A stretch of 64,000 bases of DNA from positions 1 to 64,000 of the IMG/VR virus record IMGVR_UViG_3300028797_000148; one strand, 5' to 3'. Under the pieces are notes generated by a model. That model ran no database searches. It was given only the letters and a program-made list of their open reading frames with translations, and was not told the origin of the DNA. The translations under genes were made by a program, and so were the position numbers. Positions 37,388 to 46,614 of this stretch are shown piece after piece. Positions within the stretch are counted from its first letter, which is position 1. Every line of letters begins with the position of its first letter. The stretch is from a virus (taxonomy: Duplodnaviria > Caudoviricetes).

Positions 37388-37491
37388 ATGCGGACACGGG
37401 GCGAACTAAGTTCTCATTCGTCTTGTTGTTGTTGTTGAAGTTGCCATTGTTGAAATTCAGATTCCAAGCATTCGTGGCAGAGTTCTCCGTA
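37388..37491 (-). repeat. DGR template repeat TR (104 nt)
   Basis: 13 AAY codons; differs from VR1 and VR2 only at adenines (plus the VR2 expansion). Confidence 0.96.
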
Positions 37492-37738
37492 AAACACGTC
37501 CGTTTTCTTATTCTTAACTCCTTCATCAGTACCATTGCTGCCGACGACGCGAGAACAACAATCGCGGCAATGTTTCGGAAAGCGTGATGATGCCCAACAA
37601 GAGAGGCCACATTCAATCCTTGTACTGAACGCTGGGAGTGGGACGCCCATTTGAAAGAAAAACACATTGCTCCCGCCAAACTAAGGCTAAAGAGCCCCCG
37701 ATGTGAATCTCTACTATATTGAAACATGTCTTTTGTCA

Positions 37739-38095
37739 TTATTTCATAGTAGCCTTGCGCCAACCAGTCGCCTCGCGGCCTATCTCATCGAGCCTACGGG
37801 CGATATTCGCGTGGGATTTTTCGTCGATAATCTTTTTATCCTGCGATAATGCAAGCAAGAAGAACAATTGCTCTTGCACAAGGATGAAATCCCTGCCAAG
37901 CACACGGACACGTTCCTCGGAATTTGGCGGGCAAAGATTAGCCTCAACGATTTTCATACTAAGCTGTAATGTCAAATCCTCGATGCGGCGGGCTATCGTT
38001 GCACGGTATTCCGCTTTAATCTTCTTTGTAACGCCAAACACGTATTTCGCGAGTTCAAACGTATCTTTGTATATCTTTGTATCTCTTGCAAGCAT
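37739..38095 (-). CDS. avd: DGR accessory variability determinant
   Basis: 118-aa basic helical protein ending EIGREATGW, located between target and TR. Confidence 0.88.
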   Translation of the reverse strand: MLARDTKIYKDTFELAKYVFGVTKKIKAEYRATIARRIEDLTLQLSMKIVEANLCPPNSEERVRVLGRDFILVQEQLFFLLALSQDKKIIDEKSHANIARRLDEIGREATGWRKATMK

Positions 38096-38164
38096 ATATC
38101 GTAGGACGTTGTTGTTGACCTTATTTTGTTATAATTTGCGAAGTTGCCATTAGTGTAATCCCCC

Positions 38165-38212
38165 GTCCTATACCCCGATACCGTCGTTAAGACGATAAAG
38201 GGGACAAAGGAC
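38165..38212. promoter_or_regulatory. Imperfect hairpin/cruciform downstream of VR1
   Basis: GTCC/GGAC, CCCC/GGGG and CGTC/GACG stems; position matches the DGR target-recognition hairpin. Confidence 0.55.
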
Positions 38213-38227
38213 TAAAGAGATAAATGG

Positions 38228-38974
38228 TTAATAAAATGCGGACACGGGGCGAACTAAGCCCTCATACGTCTTGTAGTAGTCGTTGAAGTAGCCAAGGGTG
38301 AAACGCAGATGCCAAGCACTCGTGGCAGAGTACTCCGTAGAAGACCATCCCCAAGACGAACCGACTGGAATTGCAGTACCGCTGATTGCCGCCATGACGA
38401 AGTTGATTTCGCGGACGTGCGCCCAAATCATTGCCATCTCGCCGAGTGAAGGCAACCACCAGCGGCCAGCACCCATATTGGCGTCGGCAGAATCGACATT
38501 GCTGGGGTGATACTCGTTGCAATACTTTGCGGCAGGCGCGTTTGCACCGAGCGTTGTCAGAATGGTGTCCGTCTTTGCGCGGCCATCGAAATCGGCAATA
38601 GCCGTGCGGCGGTCGGTGATGAAGGTAGTGCCACCCGTAACGTTAGATGTAGCCCATGCCTTTGTCGCTTGGTCTTTCGCGATGATAAGCGTGCGCCCGT
38701 TCTCGATGATACCCGCACCAACGGCGATGCTGGCGATGCTGCTTTCCAATGCACGGTCGGCAGGCCAAAAACGTGTGTATGAATCCACGTTTGTAACCAC
38801 CATAACGTTTCCGATGGTAGGCAGTACGCTTTGCAGCTTCTTTGCGAAGTTGGCGTAGGAGTCGCTACCCATAAGCTCGTTGCTGGAGTTAAGGATAGGC
38901 ACGCGAGCACCCGATGCAGCAGCCGTAGTGTTGGCATTGTGCAGGGCTTTAAGAGCATTTTGAATTGTTCCCAT
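38228..38974 (-). CDS. C-type-lectin-fold (DUF1566-like) DGR target, probable receptor-binding tail protein
   Basis: DFDG..T, WWLPSLGEM, WSSTE...VRPVSAFY; last gene of the tail-fibre block. Confidence 0.9.
   Translation of the reverse strand: MGTIQNALKALHNANTTAAASGARVPILNSSNELMGSDSYANFAKKLQSVLPTIGNVMVVTNVDSYTRFWPADRALESSIASIAVGAGIIENGRTLIIAKDQATKAWATSNVTGGTTFITDRRTAIADFDGRAKTDTILTTLGANAPAAKYCNEYHPSNVDSADANMGAGRWWLPSLGEMAMIWAHVREINFVMAAISGTAIPVGSSWGWSSTEYSATSAWHLRFTLGYFNDYYKTYEGLVRPVSAFY
38236..38339 (-). repeat. DGR variable region VR1 (104 nt)
   Basis: Ungapped match to TR with 15 mismatches, all at TR adenines. Confidence 0.96.
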
Positions 38975-39053
38975 AAAATAATACTTTTAATTGTTTTTGA
39001 ATAATAAAGTGTATAAAACTACAAAAATACATTCTTCGTTTCTTTCGAGAGTT

Positions 39054-39383
39054 TTAACCCGCTATCTTTACCCATGTGGAAAGGCTGTTTGAACCGTATG
39101 TCACGATTTCGCCATTGTACGTGACATTCTCGCTATTGTATGTAACGATGTGGTTTGGCGTGCCTACGATGGATGCGGTGCTTATGAAAGTCTCCTTTGC
39201 TACCGTGATAAGCGAGTTTTGTGCATACGTAGCCGTTGGCGAAAGCGACTCTACCGAACCAAGAATCTTGATGCGGTTGGTCTCTACGGTCGTACTTAGG
39301 TTGGAAACGAGCGTCCTTACACGCGCCCATACCCAGCCCAAGCCCGCACCGTCGAGTTTCTTGTCGTCCGTTTGTACTGCCAT
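39054..39383 (-). CDS. Tail fibre-associated protein
   Basis: N-terminus shared with 39408..40091; VTYN repeats. Confidence 0.6.
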   Translation of the reverse strand: MAVQTDDKKLDGAGLGWVWARVRTLVSNLSTTVETNRIKILGSVESLSPTATYAQNSLITVAKETFISTASIVGTPNHIVTYNSENVTYNGEIVTYGSNSLSTWVKIAG

Positions 39384-39407
39384 AACACTTGTTTATACGG
39401 TAGTGTA

Positions 39408-40091
39408 TTATGTTGTTGAGCAGATGCTTTCAATCTCGGACTGCGAAAGCGTTTCCACATCATCCTTGGTTGCATAGTTGCTCAAGTCGATGAATCCTTG
39501 GTACACGTCGAACTTGTAAACGGCTGGCGTGCTGCCCTCGGCAGGTGATGATTCGATAACATAGACGTTAGTTCCCTTTGGATAGGTTTTGGTAACGCCC
39601 TGCTCATACTCCTCGAAACGGTTGTCGATGGTGAATCCGTCGCTCATGTTCCACATCCATCCAAGGTTAGCCGAAGATGGTGTCGGGAGGTTGGCGAAAG
39701 CAAGAGAGCCCTTTGGCTTGATGTATGCCTGCAACTTAGCGTCGATGGCGTTGTTTACATCTGTAGCGGTCTGATAGCCAGCACCGTTAGCCAAGGATGC
39801 GTTATCGGTGGGTACGGGGATATTAACACTCTTGTCAGTAACGGTAAGTGCCGTGCCATTGACCTTTACGGTCTCGATAACGTTTACCTGCGCACCCGAA
39901 GCAATTGCATCCAGCTTTGATTTCAAAGCAGATGTGAAATTCATGTCGGTATGCACATACGATGCGTCCTTAACTACGTTATCATCGTTAGTAAGGTCGC
40001 TGGTCTTGGTTGGTACGATGGATTTGATGATACCCCAAAGTATTCCCAAACCCGCACCGTCAAGCTTTTTGTCGTCTGTTTGTACTGCCAT
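39408..40091 (-). CDS. Tail fibre-associated protein
   Basis: VPTKTSDLTND, DASYVHTD, GAQVNVIE.VKVNG motifs typical of phage fibre proteins. Confidence 0.7.
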   Translation of the reverse strand: MAVQTDDKKLDGAGLGILWGIIKSIVPTKTSDLTNDDNVVKDASYVHTDMNFTSALKSKLDAIASGAQVNVIETVKVNGTALTVTDKSVNIPVPTDNASLANGAGYQTATDVNNAIDAKLQAYIKPKGSLAFANLPTPSSANLGWMWNMSDGFTIDNRFEEYEQGVTKTYPKGTNVYVIESSPAEGSTPAVYKFDVYQGFIDLSNYATKDDVETLSQSEIESICSTT

Positions 40092-40167
40092 AATCTTAAA
40101 ACGTTTTAAATGATTAATAAAAGAAGAAAATTAACTCTATATAGAAAACTGATGATTTTTCATATCC

Positions 40168-40374
40168 TTACCTGCAAATCATACGTATCTCAAATTCGGT
40201 CAATGTTTCGTTGTTCTCATCAACCTCCTGCTCCAATTCGTTGATTTGCTGGACGTGCTGTGGTGTCATAACACCTTTTTCAACCAAGGAGGCATCGGGG
40301 TAGATGTTTTTTTCCTCTACCTTATCCAAGTCCTCTTTCACTTGGTCGCCGTATTTGTTCAACTTGTATGCCAT
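40168..40374 (-). CDS. Small tail-module protein
   Basis: Start reassigned to MAYKLNKY; AS...GVMT and C-terminal EI..IC motifs. Confidence 0.55.
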   Translation of the reverse strand: MAYKLNKYGDQVKEDLDKVEEKNIYPDASLVEKGVMTPQHVQQINELEQEVDENNETLTEFEIRMICR

Positions 40375-40396
40375 AAGCGATATATTTTTAAAGTTG

Positions 40397-40753
40397 TTAG
40401 ATGTTCCTTGGCTTGCGCATAACCATAACGCACTCCCCGTCGATAAGCATAATCTCACCCTCATTAACAAGCAGATATTCCCATTTGCCCTGCGATGTGG
40501 CGCAAACAAGCGAGAAAGCAGCCGTAACGCCTTTGTTGTCCTTTGGGCTTATAGTTACACCTACGGCTGGATTTAACGCGCCTACGGCTACAGAAACGGG
40601 CTTATTTTCCAATATAGCATCCGTTTCTATTCCTTGGTTATCCCTTGGTGTTACGGATGCAGCCATATCACCGCCTCCTTTGTGGGTGACGGTGACACGC
40701 TGACAGCCGTGTATTCCGCAGCAAGAGCCTTGTGTTACGATGTCACTACGCAT
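40397..40753 (-). CDS. Hypothetical tail-module protein
   Basis: 118-aa ORF in operon. Confidence 0.5.
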   Translation of the reverse strand: MRSDIVTQGSCCGIHGCQRVTVTHKGGGDMAASVTPRDNQGIETDAILENKPVSVAVGALNPAVGVTISPKDNKGVTAAFSLVCATSQGKWEYLLVNEGEIMLIDGECVMVMRKPRNI

Positions 40754-41121
40754 AACAGCTGCTTTTGAACCTCGGTACGTAATCCATCATCGAAATCATC
40801 ATCGGGTACGTATGCGATTGTGGTAATCCAATACTCGCCCGTTCCCATGAATCCCGTATCTACCGTAAAGAGATAGTTCTCGTTTTCATCAAGAATCATA
40901 TCGGACTTTGGTATTGTGACGCTTTTCTTGGTGTTCTTGATAACGACCTTGAAATCATCGTCGGCCATAGAAAAGCCCTCGGACTGAATATCCAATGTGA
41001 ATTTCAGCTCCGTGCCTTGGTAGATGGTACGGCGGACATTCTCCTGCGTAGTAGCCTGCTGTTGCTGGCTGTTGTTATCGCCGCCACCGCTAACTTGTGT
41101 ATTGCTATTCTCGTCTGCCAT
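40735..41121 (-). CDS. Hypothetical tail-module (Ig/BppU-like) protein
   Basis: Beta-strand-rich sequence; weak resemblance only. Confidence 0.5.
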   Translation of the reverse strand: MADENSNTQVSGGGDNNSQQQQATTQENVRRTIYQGTELKFTLDIQSEGFSMADDDFKVVIKNTKKSVTIPKSDMILDENENYLFTVDTGFMGTGEYWITTIAYVPDDDFDDGLRTEVQKQLLCVVTS

Positions 41122-41148
41122 AATGCTAAAATATTAAATTTCTGCGTG

Positions 41149-41179
41149 CAAAGATAAACAATGTTTTTGAATATACAAA
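41149..41179 (-). promoter_or_regulatory. Internal promoter for the distal fibre/DGR genes
   Basis: Minus strand: TTTG (41179-76), 19-nt spacer, TATCTTTG (41156-49). Confidence 0.65.
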
Positions 41180-41195
41180 GGACAATGCGAAAGAT

Positions 41196-41657
41196 TTATT
41201 GTCTTTTCACGATTTTGTGCGAATATTCGTTGCGGATGAAGGATTTTTTGAACAGATACTTAACCCAAGCGAATCTTTTACGCTCGTAATTGTACGACAA
41301 ATCATCTTCATGCAGATACGCCTCCTGCTCCGTGCTGATGTTGTAATATGCCAGCTTTGAATCAAAGCCGCAGAATGGAATACGGATAATCCACTCCAGC
41401 ACGTAGATAAGATAGAACGATACGGGAATAACGAAGCACCACCACCATGATATTACATCTGCCAATGATAGTGATACGGCGATAATCGCGGCAACGACCG
41501 TCACCTCAAGCTGCTGCTCAAGGTGGGTCGTTTCGTGGCGTTCATCCTTTGCGGTAAACGCGCTTGCATCACTCCTTACAAATACCCAAGGCCAAATTGT
41601 GATAGCCTTAAAACCCTTAAACGGGATTATTTTGTTATAGATAATATTTGCTTTCAT
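41196..41657 (-). CDS. Membrane protein with HExxH motif
   Basis: RHETTHLEQQ, two hydrophobic segments, NISTEQEAY. Confidence 0.65.
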   Translation of the reverse strand: MKANIIYNKIIPFKGFKAITIWPWVFVRSDASAFTAKDERHETTHLEQQLEVTVVAAIIAVSLSLADVISWWWCFVIPVSFYLIYVLEWIIRIPFCGFDSKLAYYNISTEQEAYLHEDDLSYNYERKRFAWVKYLFKKSFIRNEYSHKIVKRQ

Positions 41658-41659
41658 AA

Positions 41660-43762
41660 TTACGATACATTTGTGATTATACCTCTTGATACCGTTACCG
41701 TCTTACCGTCTTTGTCCTTAAACGTGCCACTCCATCCGTTTGTAACATTTAGGCTGTCGACTTTTAGGCTAAGGGCTGGCCCCGACGGATAGTTATACAA
41801 AGCAAAACCTCCCTGCACAACCTCGTTTTTGGTGTTCGAGCCGACAACAAACTGCAATTCAGAAATAAGATATGTGCTATAAATCTTACCTCCGCTTAAA
41901 GAGCGTATAGAGCCGTCGTTACTCTCAAAATCGCTTCGCATGATGGTTTTGTTTTGGTAAACAATTCCCGTTTTCATGTCTACTGCATAGTTCGGAATCC
42001 ATGTGTCTGCTGACGATACGTTTATATCAACACGACCAGATGTACTTGCAGTCATCATGTCAACGCGAATACAATAAGAGCCTCCCGATGCAACGGTGTA
42101 CGAGAAATCTCCTTTGCTGCCGCTTGAAAGCTGTACCTCTGCACCGCTAACGTAGCTGTTACTATTGTTATAATACAGCCTAACGCGAAGCGTAGCACCA
42201 GCATATTGGGCGAAACATGTGAACTTATACGTCTTACCAGCAACAAGCGTAAAGTTTTCTCCAACTCTTGCCGTGCTGTAACTAACGGAGAAGTTTTTGC
42301 AAAGGTAAGCGTAATTTGTTGGCAAAAGAGGGTTGAAGTCTGAATATCCTTGGTTTTCAGAGCCGTTAAGTGTTCCGTACTGAGAAATCATCCAGTCGCC
42401 ATTGATTATAGCACTACCAAAATGAGCATAACTACCAAAGAACGCTTGAGCTATGTAATATTTCATATCAGACATCATCGCAGTCCAAGGTTTTCCGTTT
42501 CCATAACTTGCATTATACGGGTCTTGGTTAGTCGACGTTACGTTCGTACCACCGTTTCCTGCGTTATCAAGCATATAGAAAGAATTGCCTCGTTTCACGT
42601 ATGGGGCTTGTGTATCGGTCATTACATAAGATGCCGACGAGTTCCAATCACCTGCAAAGTAATAGAATCTTCCAGCTTTACCGCGACTACCCGCACTTCC
42701 GTCGTGCGTGTGAGCAACACATGTACCCGTTATGCTGTTTGAGCTTACGGCAGTACACTTATATGTTGATGTGTGACTCCTTCCGCTATCGCTCGATGTG
42801 CCGCTAACCACAAACAAATCACCAATACGACATGTCGAAAAGTCGGGGTCGCCATCTCTTTTTGAGTAATTTTCAGAATGACCTATCGCTCCATAAGTGT
42901 CCCATTGCGTATCTGTATAAAGGTTATTTCGGGTAAGATACAATTTGTAACCTTTGCCCTCTGCACCGTCCTGTCCGTCCTGTCCATCCTGTCCATCTTG
43001 CCCATCTTGGCCGTTTGTGCCGTTAGTTCCGTCCGTAACGATGTTCACGGTTTCCTTATCAACTACGGTGTTGTTCACGTAAAGGAAGAATGTGACGTAG
43101 TTTGTGAAGTTCGTGCCTGCCGTTAGACCGCCGCTTGGGTAGTTGGTTACGCTACCGCCATCTGCGCTATACTTAATGGTGGCCTCAGATGGATTGCTTG
43201 AGGTTGTACCCGTAGCGACATCAAGTTTCGAGCTGCCACAAGTGATAACGTTTGGTGTGTAAGTGCCATCTTTCTTGTGGGTAATGGCGTTAGCCGATGG
43301 AACGAGGTTATAGATAGCCCCGCCTTTCATACCCACAACGGCGATTGACAAAGCTATCGTGCCGTATGTGGCGTGCTTTGTTTCCACCTCCAGCGTTTCA
43401 CGTTTGCTAACGGCTACCCCGCTATTGTAGTGTATGCGAATCCATTGCTTTGTGCTGATAGTTTGGAATGTGGTCGTAAGAGCCGTGCTGCCCGTACCGC
43501 TGCCGCTTGTTTCCAAAGTAAGCGAAGCGTTTGTAGGCTTAGATGTGTAGCGAATCTGACACAAGGCGGTAACATCTTCAACGCCATAGAAAGCCGCTAT
43601 CTGCGAGTATATGTTAAACGCCGCAGCGGTTTTCATGTCGCTATCGCAGGCAACGCTATCCATCTCGTTAGACAAATCTACCGAGAAAGCGTTTGTGCCG
43701 TTAGTTCCGTCCGTAACAGTCGTCACATGAAATGTGTTTCCTATACTTCTGCGACTTGACAT
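41660..43762 (-). CDS. Tail fibre protein
   Basis: DGTNGTN motifs, collagen-like (GQD)n, GRFYYFAGDW. Confidence 0.75.
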   Translation of the reverse strand: MSSRRSIGNTFHVTTVTDGTNGTNAFSVDLSNEMDSVACDSDMKTAAAFNIYSQIAAFYGVEDVTALCQIRYTSKPTNASLTLETSGSGTGSTALTTTFQTISTKQWIRIHYNSGVAVSKRETLEVETKHATYGTIALSIAVVGMKGGAIYNLVPSANAITHKKDGTYTPNVITCGSSKLDVATGTTSSNPSEATIKYSADGGSVTNYPSGGLTAGTNFTNYVTFFLYVNNTVVDKETVNIVTDGTNGTNGQDGQDGQDGQDGQDGAEGKGYKLYLTRNNLYTDTQWDTYGAIGHSENYSKRDGDPDFSTCRIGDLFVVSGTSSDSGRSHTSTYKCTAVSSNSITGTCVAHTHDGSAGSRGKAGRFYYFAGDWNSSASYVMTDTQAPYVKRGNSFYMLDNAGNGGTNVTSTNQDPYNASYGNGKPWTAMMSDMKYYIAQAFFGSYAHFGSAIINGDWMISQYGTLNGSENQGYSDFNPLLPTNYAYLCKNFSVSYSTARVGENFTLVAGKTYKFTCFAQYAGATLRVRLYYNNSNSYVSGAEVQLSSGSKGDFSYTVASGGSYCIRVDMMTASTSGRVDINVSSADTWIPNYAVDMKTGIVYQNKTIMRSDFESNDGSIRSLSGGKIYSTYLISELQFVVGSNTKNEVVQGGFALYNYPSGPALSLKVDSLNVTNGWSGTFKDKDGKTVTVSRGIITNVS
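42960..43035 (-). repeat. Collagen-like 9-nt coding repeat
   Basis: GTNGTNGQDGQDGQDGQDGQDGAEG. Confidence 0.85.
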
Positions 43763-43812
43763 AATCTTTACATTTTTAATTTATAAAAGCAAAGTTATGC
43801 TTACACACCAAT

Positions 43813-44937
43813 CTAAGATGTGTAAGCAATAACGATACCCGTAATATTCTTTCCGTAATCATTGACGGTGGCAAAGTTGATTTTCAACGTACCCTTACCG
43901 CCCGACATTGAAAGCGGGCGCATACCGTCCGAGCCTCTATCGGGAATATCGGGTAATCCCGAAGCGGTAATCTCGTTCGCATTTCCATCAAGGAGCTTTA
44001 CCTTAATGCTGTTATAGGTCGGGTGTGATGTGCCACCAAGAACGGCAGCGTCCTCGCGTAAGCCTACCCAAATGGAGAATGTTACAGATTCATCCTTTCG
44101 CAGCGATGCGGCATTTCCGTTAGCACCGTTATATTGGATATACAGAAATTCGGGGTCTTGCATATCATCAATGCCAGCGTATGCCGTATAGCGGGTTTGA
44201 CCGCCCGAAGTGAACACGCATTTAACCGTTGCATGGTCTACGACGCTACCCTCGCTAACTTGGAAAGCGTTTGCGTATGTATTGCCATCAATGGTTTTGT
44301 TTTGGCCGCTTGTACCCGTAGAGGCATCGTTAAGATACCATTGTGTAGTACACTCCACGTCGCCACCGTTGGAATCATACAGCTTTCCGTACATGGTGAT
44401 AACCTGCCCTTTCTCCGTAATATCGGACACGCCGTTTACGAAGTTGATGATACCAAGGAATCCGTTACCTTGAATCTCGGTGATACGGATTTGTGCGGCA
44501 CACTCGAAAGGAACGGCACTACCACCAATGCTGCAAGAGCCCTTGAACGTAATCATATCCACATTGACGTTATCGGAACTTGCAAGGTTGCCCATAATCT
44601 TCAATGCTGGCATGTTCAAGGTTTGACCGCCGTAGGTAACGGCCTTCGTTGTTTTCATAAACAGACCGCTTGGGCTTGTTGAAATACCCGTTTCCTCGTT
44701 GAAGGTGATAACCTGCCCCTCGTACATCCATTGGTATGTGCTTTGCGGAACGACAAGCGATGTACCCGACAAAAGCGTAAGGTAAATCGTAGGTCTGTTA
44801 GCGTTCACAGTCCAATCGGGAACGGCAGAAGAGCCAGTCCATGCCTGCGAAAGCGATTTGTCTGATGCAAGATTGCCGTGCAGGGTTGTACCATCATCAA
44901 GTGCGGTAACAAAAAATCTATTACTAATTGAGCTCAT
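43813..44937 (-). CDS. Tail structural protein
   Basis: 374-aa S/T/G-rich ORF in the tail block. Confidence 0.6.
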   Translation of the reverse strand: MSSISNRFFVTALDDGTTLHGNLASDKSLSQAWTGSSAVPDWTVNANRPTIYLTLLSGTSLVVPQSTYQWMYEGQVITFNEETGISTSPSGLFMKTTKAVTYGGQTLNMPALKIMGNLASSDNVNVDMITFKGSCSIGGSAVPFECAAQIRITEIQGNGFLGIINFVNGVSDITEKGQVITMYGKLYDSNGGDVECTTQWYLNDASTGTSGQNKTIDGNTYANAFQVSEGSVVDHATVKCVFTSGGQTRYTAYAGIDDMQDPEFLYIQYNGANGNAASLRKDESVTFSIWVGLREDAAVLGGTSHPTYNSIKVKLLDGNANEITASGLPDIPDRGSDGMRPLSMSGGKGTLKINFATVNDYGKNITGIVIAYTS

Positions 44938-44940
44938 AAA

Positions 44941-45447
44941 TTATTCCTCCTCTTGATTTTGTTGTTGGTTTTCCGTTTCTTCTTCGCTGGTTTCGTTATT
45001 CTCTTCTTGCTGAGTGCCGCCGCCAAGAATATCCTCCACATTACCTACCTCGTTTTCCTCGATAGTTTCCGTTTCGGTATTTTCGTCGGTGTTTTCGGGC
45101 GTTTCGTCGTTCTGCTCGGTTTGTTCATCTACGGTTTCGGTCTGCTCTTCCTGCTCTACCTCCTGCTCTTCTTGGGGCTGCTCCTGCTGATTGTTGTTGT
45201 TAGGTTCAAGCCCCTCATATCCCATTTGGTAGTTGTTTTCTGCAATAAGGGCATCTGCCTCCGTCCCCGTAATCTTAACAACACCCTGCAAACCGTCGAT
45301 ATACTCGTCGGGAGTGAATCGCACGCGGCGCAAATCGTTATTGTCAAGAATCCAATTCATGTCCTTTGTGCGGTAGCGTTCAAGGATAAGGCCGCTGCGT
45401 TGCGCGATATTCTCAACGACCTTGTAAAAAGTGATGTTCATTCCCAT
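44941..45447 (-). CDS. Hypothetical protein with acidic low-complexity tail
   Basis: E/Q/N-rich C-terminal half. Confidence 0.65.
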   Translation of the reverse strand: MGMNITFYKVVENIAQRSGLILERYRTKDMNWILDNNDLRRVRFTPDEYIDGLQGVVKITGTEADALIAENNYQMGYEGLEPNNNNQQEQPQEEQEVEQEEQTETVDEQTEQNDETPENTDENTETETIEENEVGNVEDILGGGTQQEENNETSEEETENQQQNQEEE

Positions 45448-45474
45448 AATTCAAATCCTTTCTTTTATATTGTT

Positions 45475-46611
45475 TTAAATAAATCTGCCATACACATTCT
45501 CGCTGTTATAGGTAACAACCGCACCGTCGTATGTAATCGGCTCGTAAGCACCGATGATATACACGATAGGATAGATAAGCACATTGCCAGTCGACGATTG
45601 CATCACAGAGCTGTCTAAGGTAATTCGCTCGCCCCATCCTCTGTCTGTTTCTGCGCTTTGCGTGCTGTTTCTTGTCTTCCAATTGAAAAGCATGTGCGCC
45701 TGCTTTTTAGCCTCGCTTACAACAGCACCTTTCACGTTCACTACGGTACTGAAAGTCATTGTATTAACGTTTGAACGGTAAGCACCACCATTCTCGCTAA
45801 GTACGTTCGTTTCAATATCGGGGATGCGCCATAAGATAGAACGGTACACCTTGCTCGGATATAGTGTGTTGCCCGATTGCACGGCGCGTAACACTATATT
45901 TATCTCCTCGCCATAAAGTGCATCTACCACCAAGTTTCGCGTGCTTTGTCCGCTTACATAGAACGGCATGGTTTCAACGAGTACCTCGCTGTTTCCATCA
46001 ACGGCATACCACTTGAATGTAATGTCACTTGAAACATCAACACCACCGCGATATGCAACGGCCTGCAAGGTAAACTGCGAGTTATCCATCGTTAGCGGGT
46101 TGAAAGGAATAGAATCCTCACAAAGCACATCAATGGTGGGGCAGTCAAACTCCGCATCCTTTGACGTAGTAAGGGTAAGAATCTGCTCCATAGCACCGAT
46201 GCGTCCCGAATCACGCGGGTCGATGTATTGTGCAACACATCGAATCTGAACAGCATGGTCGTAGCCGACATTCTTTCTGACAACAAGCGTATTGCCGCTA
46301 AGATAATAATCCGCAGACGTGCTTGTAGTCATAATGTGGCTTTCAACATAAGCCGTGTTACGCCATTCATTAACGTACCAATCGGTGCTGTAGAAAGCAA
46401 GCTCATAGGAACGGTTCGCCTCAGAGTCAACACCCGTTATCGACGGAGTGATGATAAGCGGCGTGCGCTGGCGGTTCGGTTGCCAGTCGTTTGAGTTATC
46501 ATAATACCATTGCTCGGTAACGCCGTTAGGTGTCAGATTGAACACCATGTCAAGCGGTTTCAGCTCGGTAGTGATAACTGCGGGTTGTGATACATTTAAT
46601 CTTCTTCCCAT
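45475..46611 (-). CDS. Tail structural protein
   Basis: 378-aa beta-rich ORF in the tail block. Confidence 0.6.
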   Translation of the reverse strand: MGRRLNVSQPAVITTELKPLDMVFNLTPNGVTEQWYYDNSNDWQPNRQRTPLIITPSITGVDSEANRSYELAFYSTDWYVNEWRNTAYVESHIMTTSTSADYYLSGNTLVVRKNVGYDHAVQIRCVAQYIDPRDSGRIGAMEQILTLTTSKDAEFDCPTIDVLCEDSIPFNPLTMDNSQFTLQAVAYRGGVDVSSDITFKWYAVDGNSEVLVETMPFYVSGQSTRNLVVDALYGEEINIVLRAVQSGNTLYPSKVYRSILWRIPDIETNVLSENGGAYRSNVNTMTFSTVVNVKGAVVSEAKKQAHMLFNWKTRNSTQSAETDRGWGERITLDSSVMQSSTGNVLIYPIVYIIGAYEPITYDGAVVTYNSENVYGRFI

Positions 46612-46614
46612 AAT

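Noticed and set aside
37495-37535. Hammerhead-like CTGATGA...GAAA in the DGR spacer (- strand)
   Set aside because: The segment between the two core motifs cannot form stem II.
37290-37763. 157-aa minus-strand ORF between avd and RT
   Set aside because: It runs through the TR and spacer; the Asn-rich translation is a by-product of the AAC-rich template.
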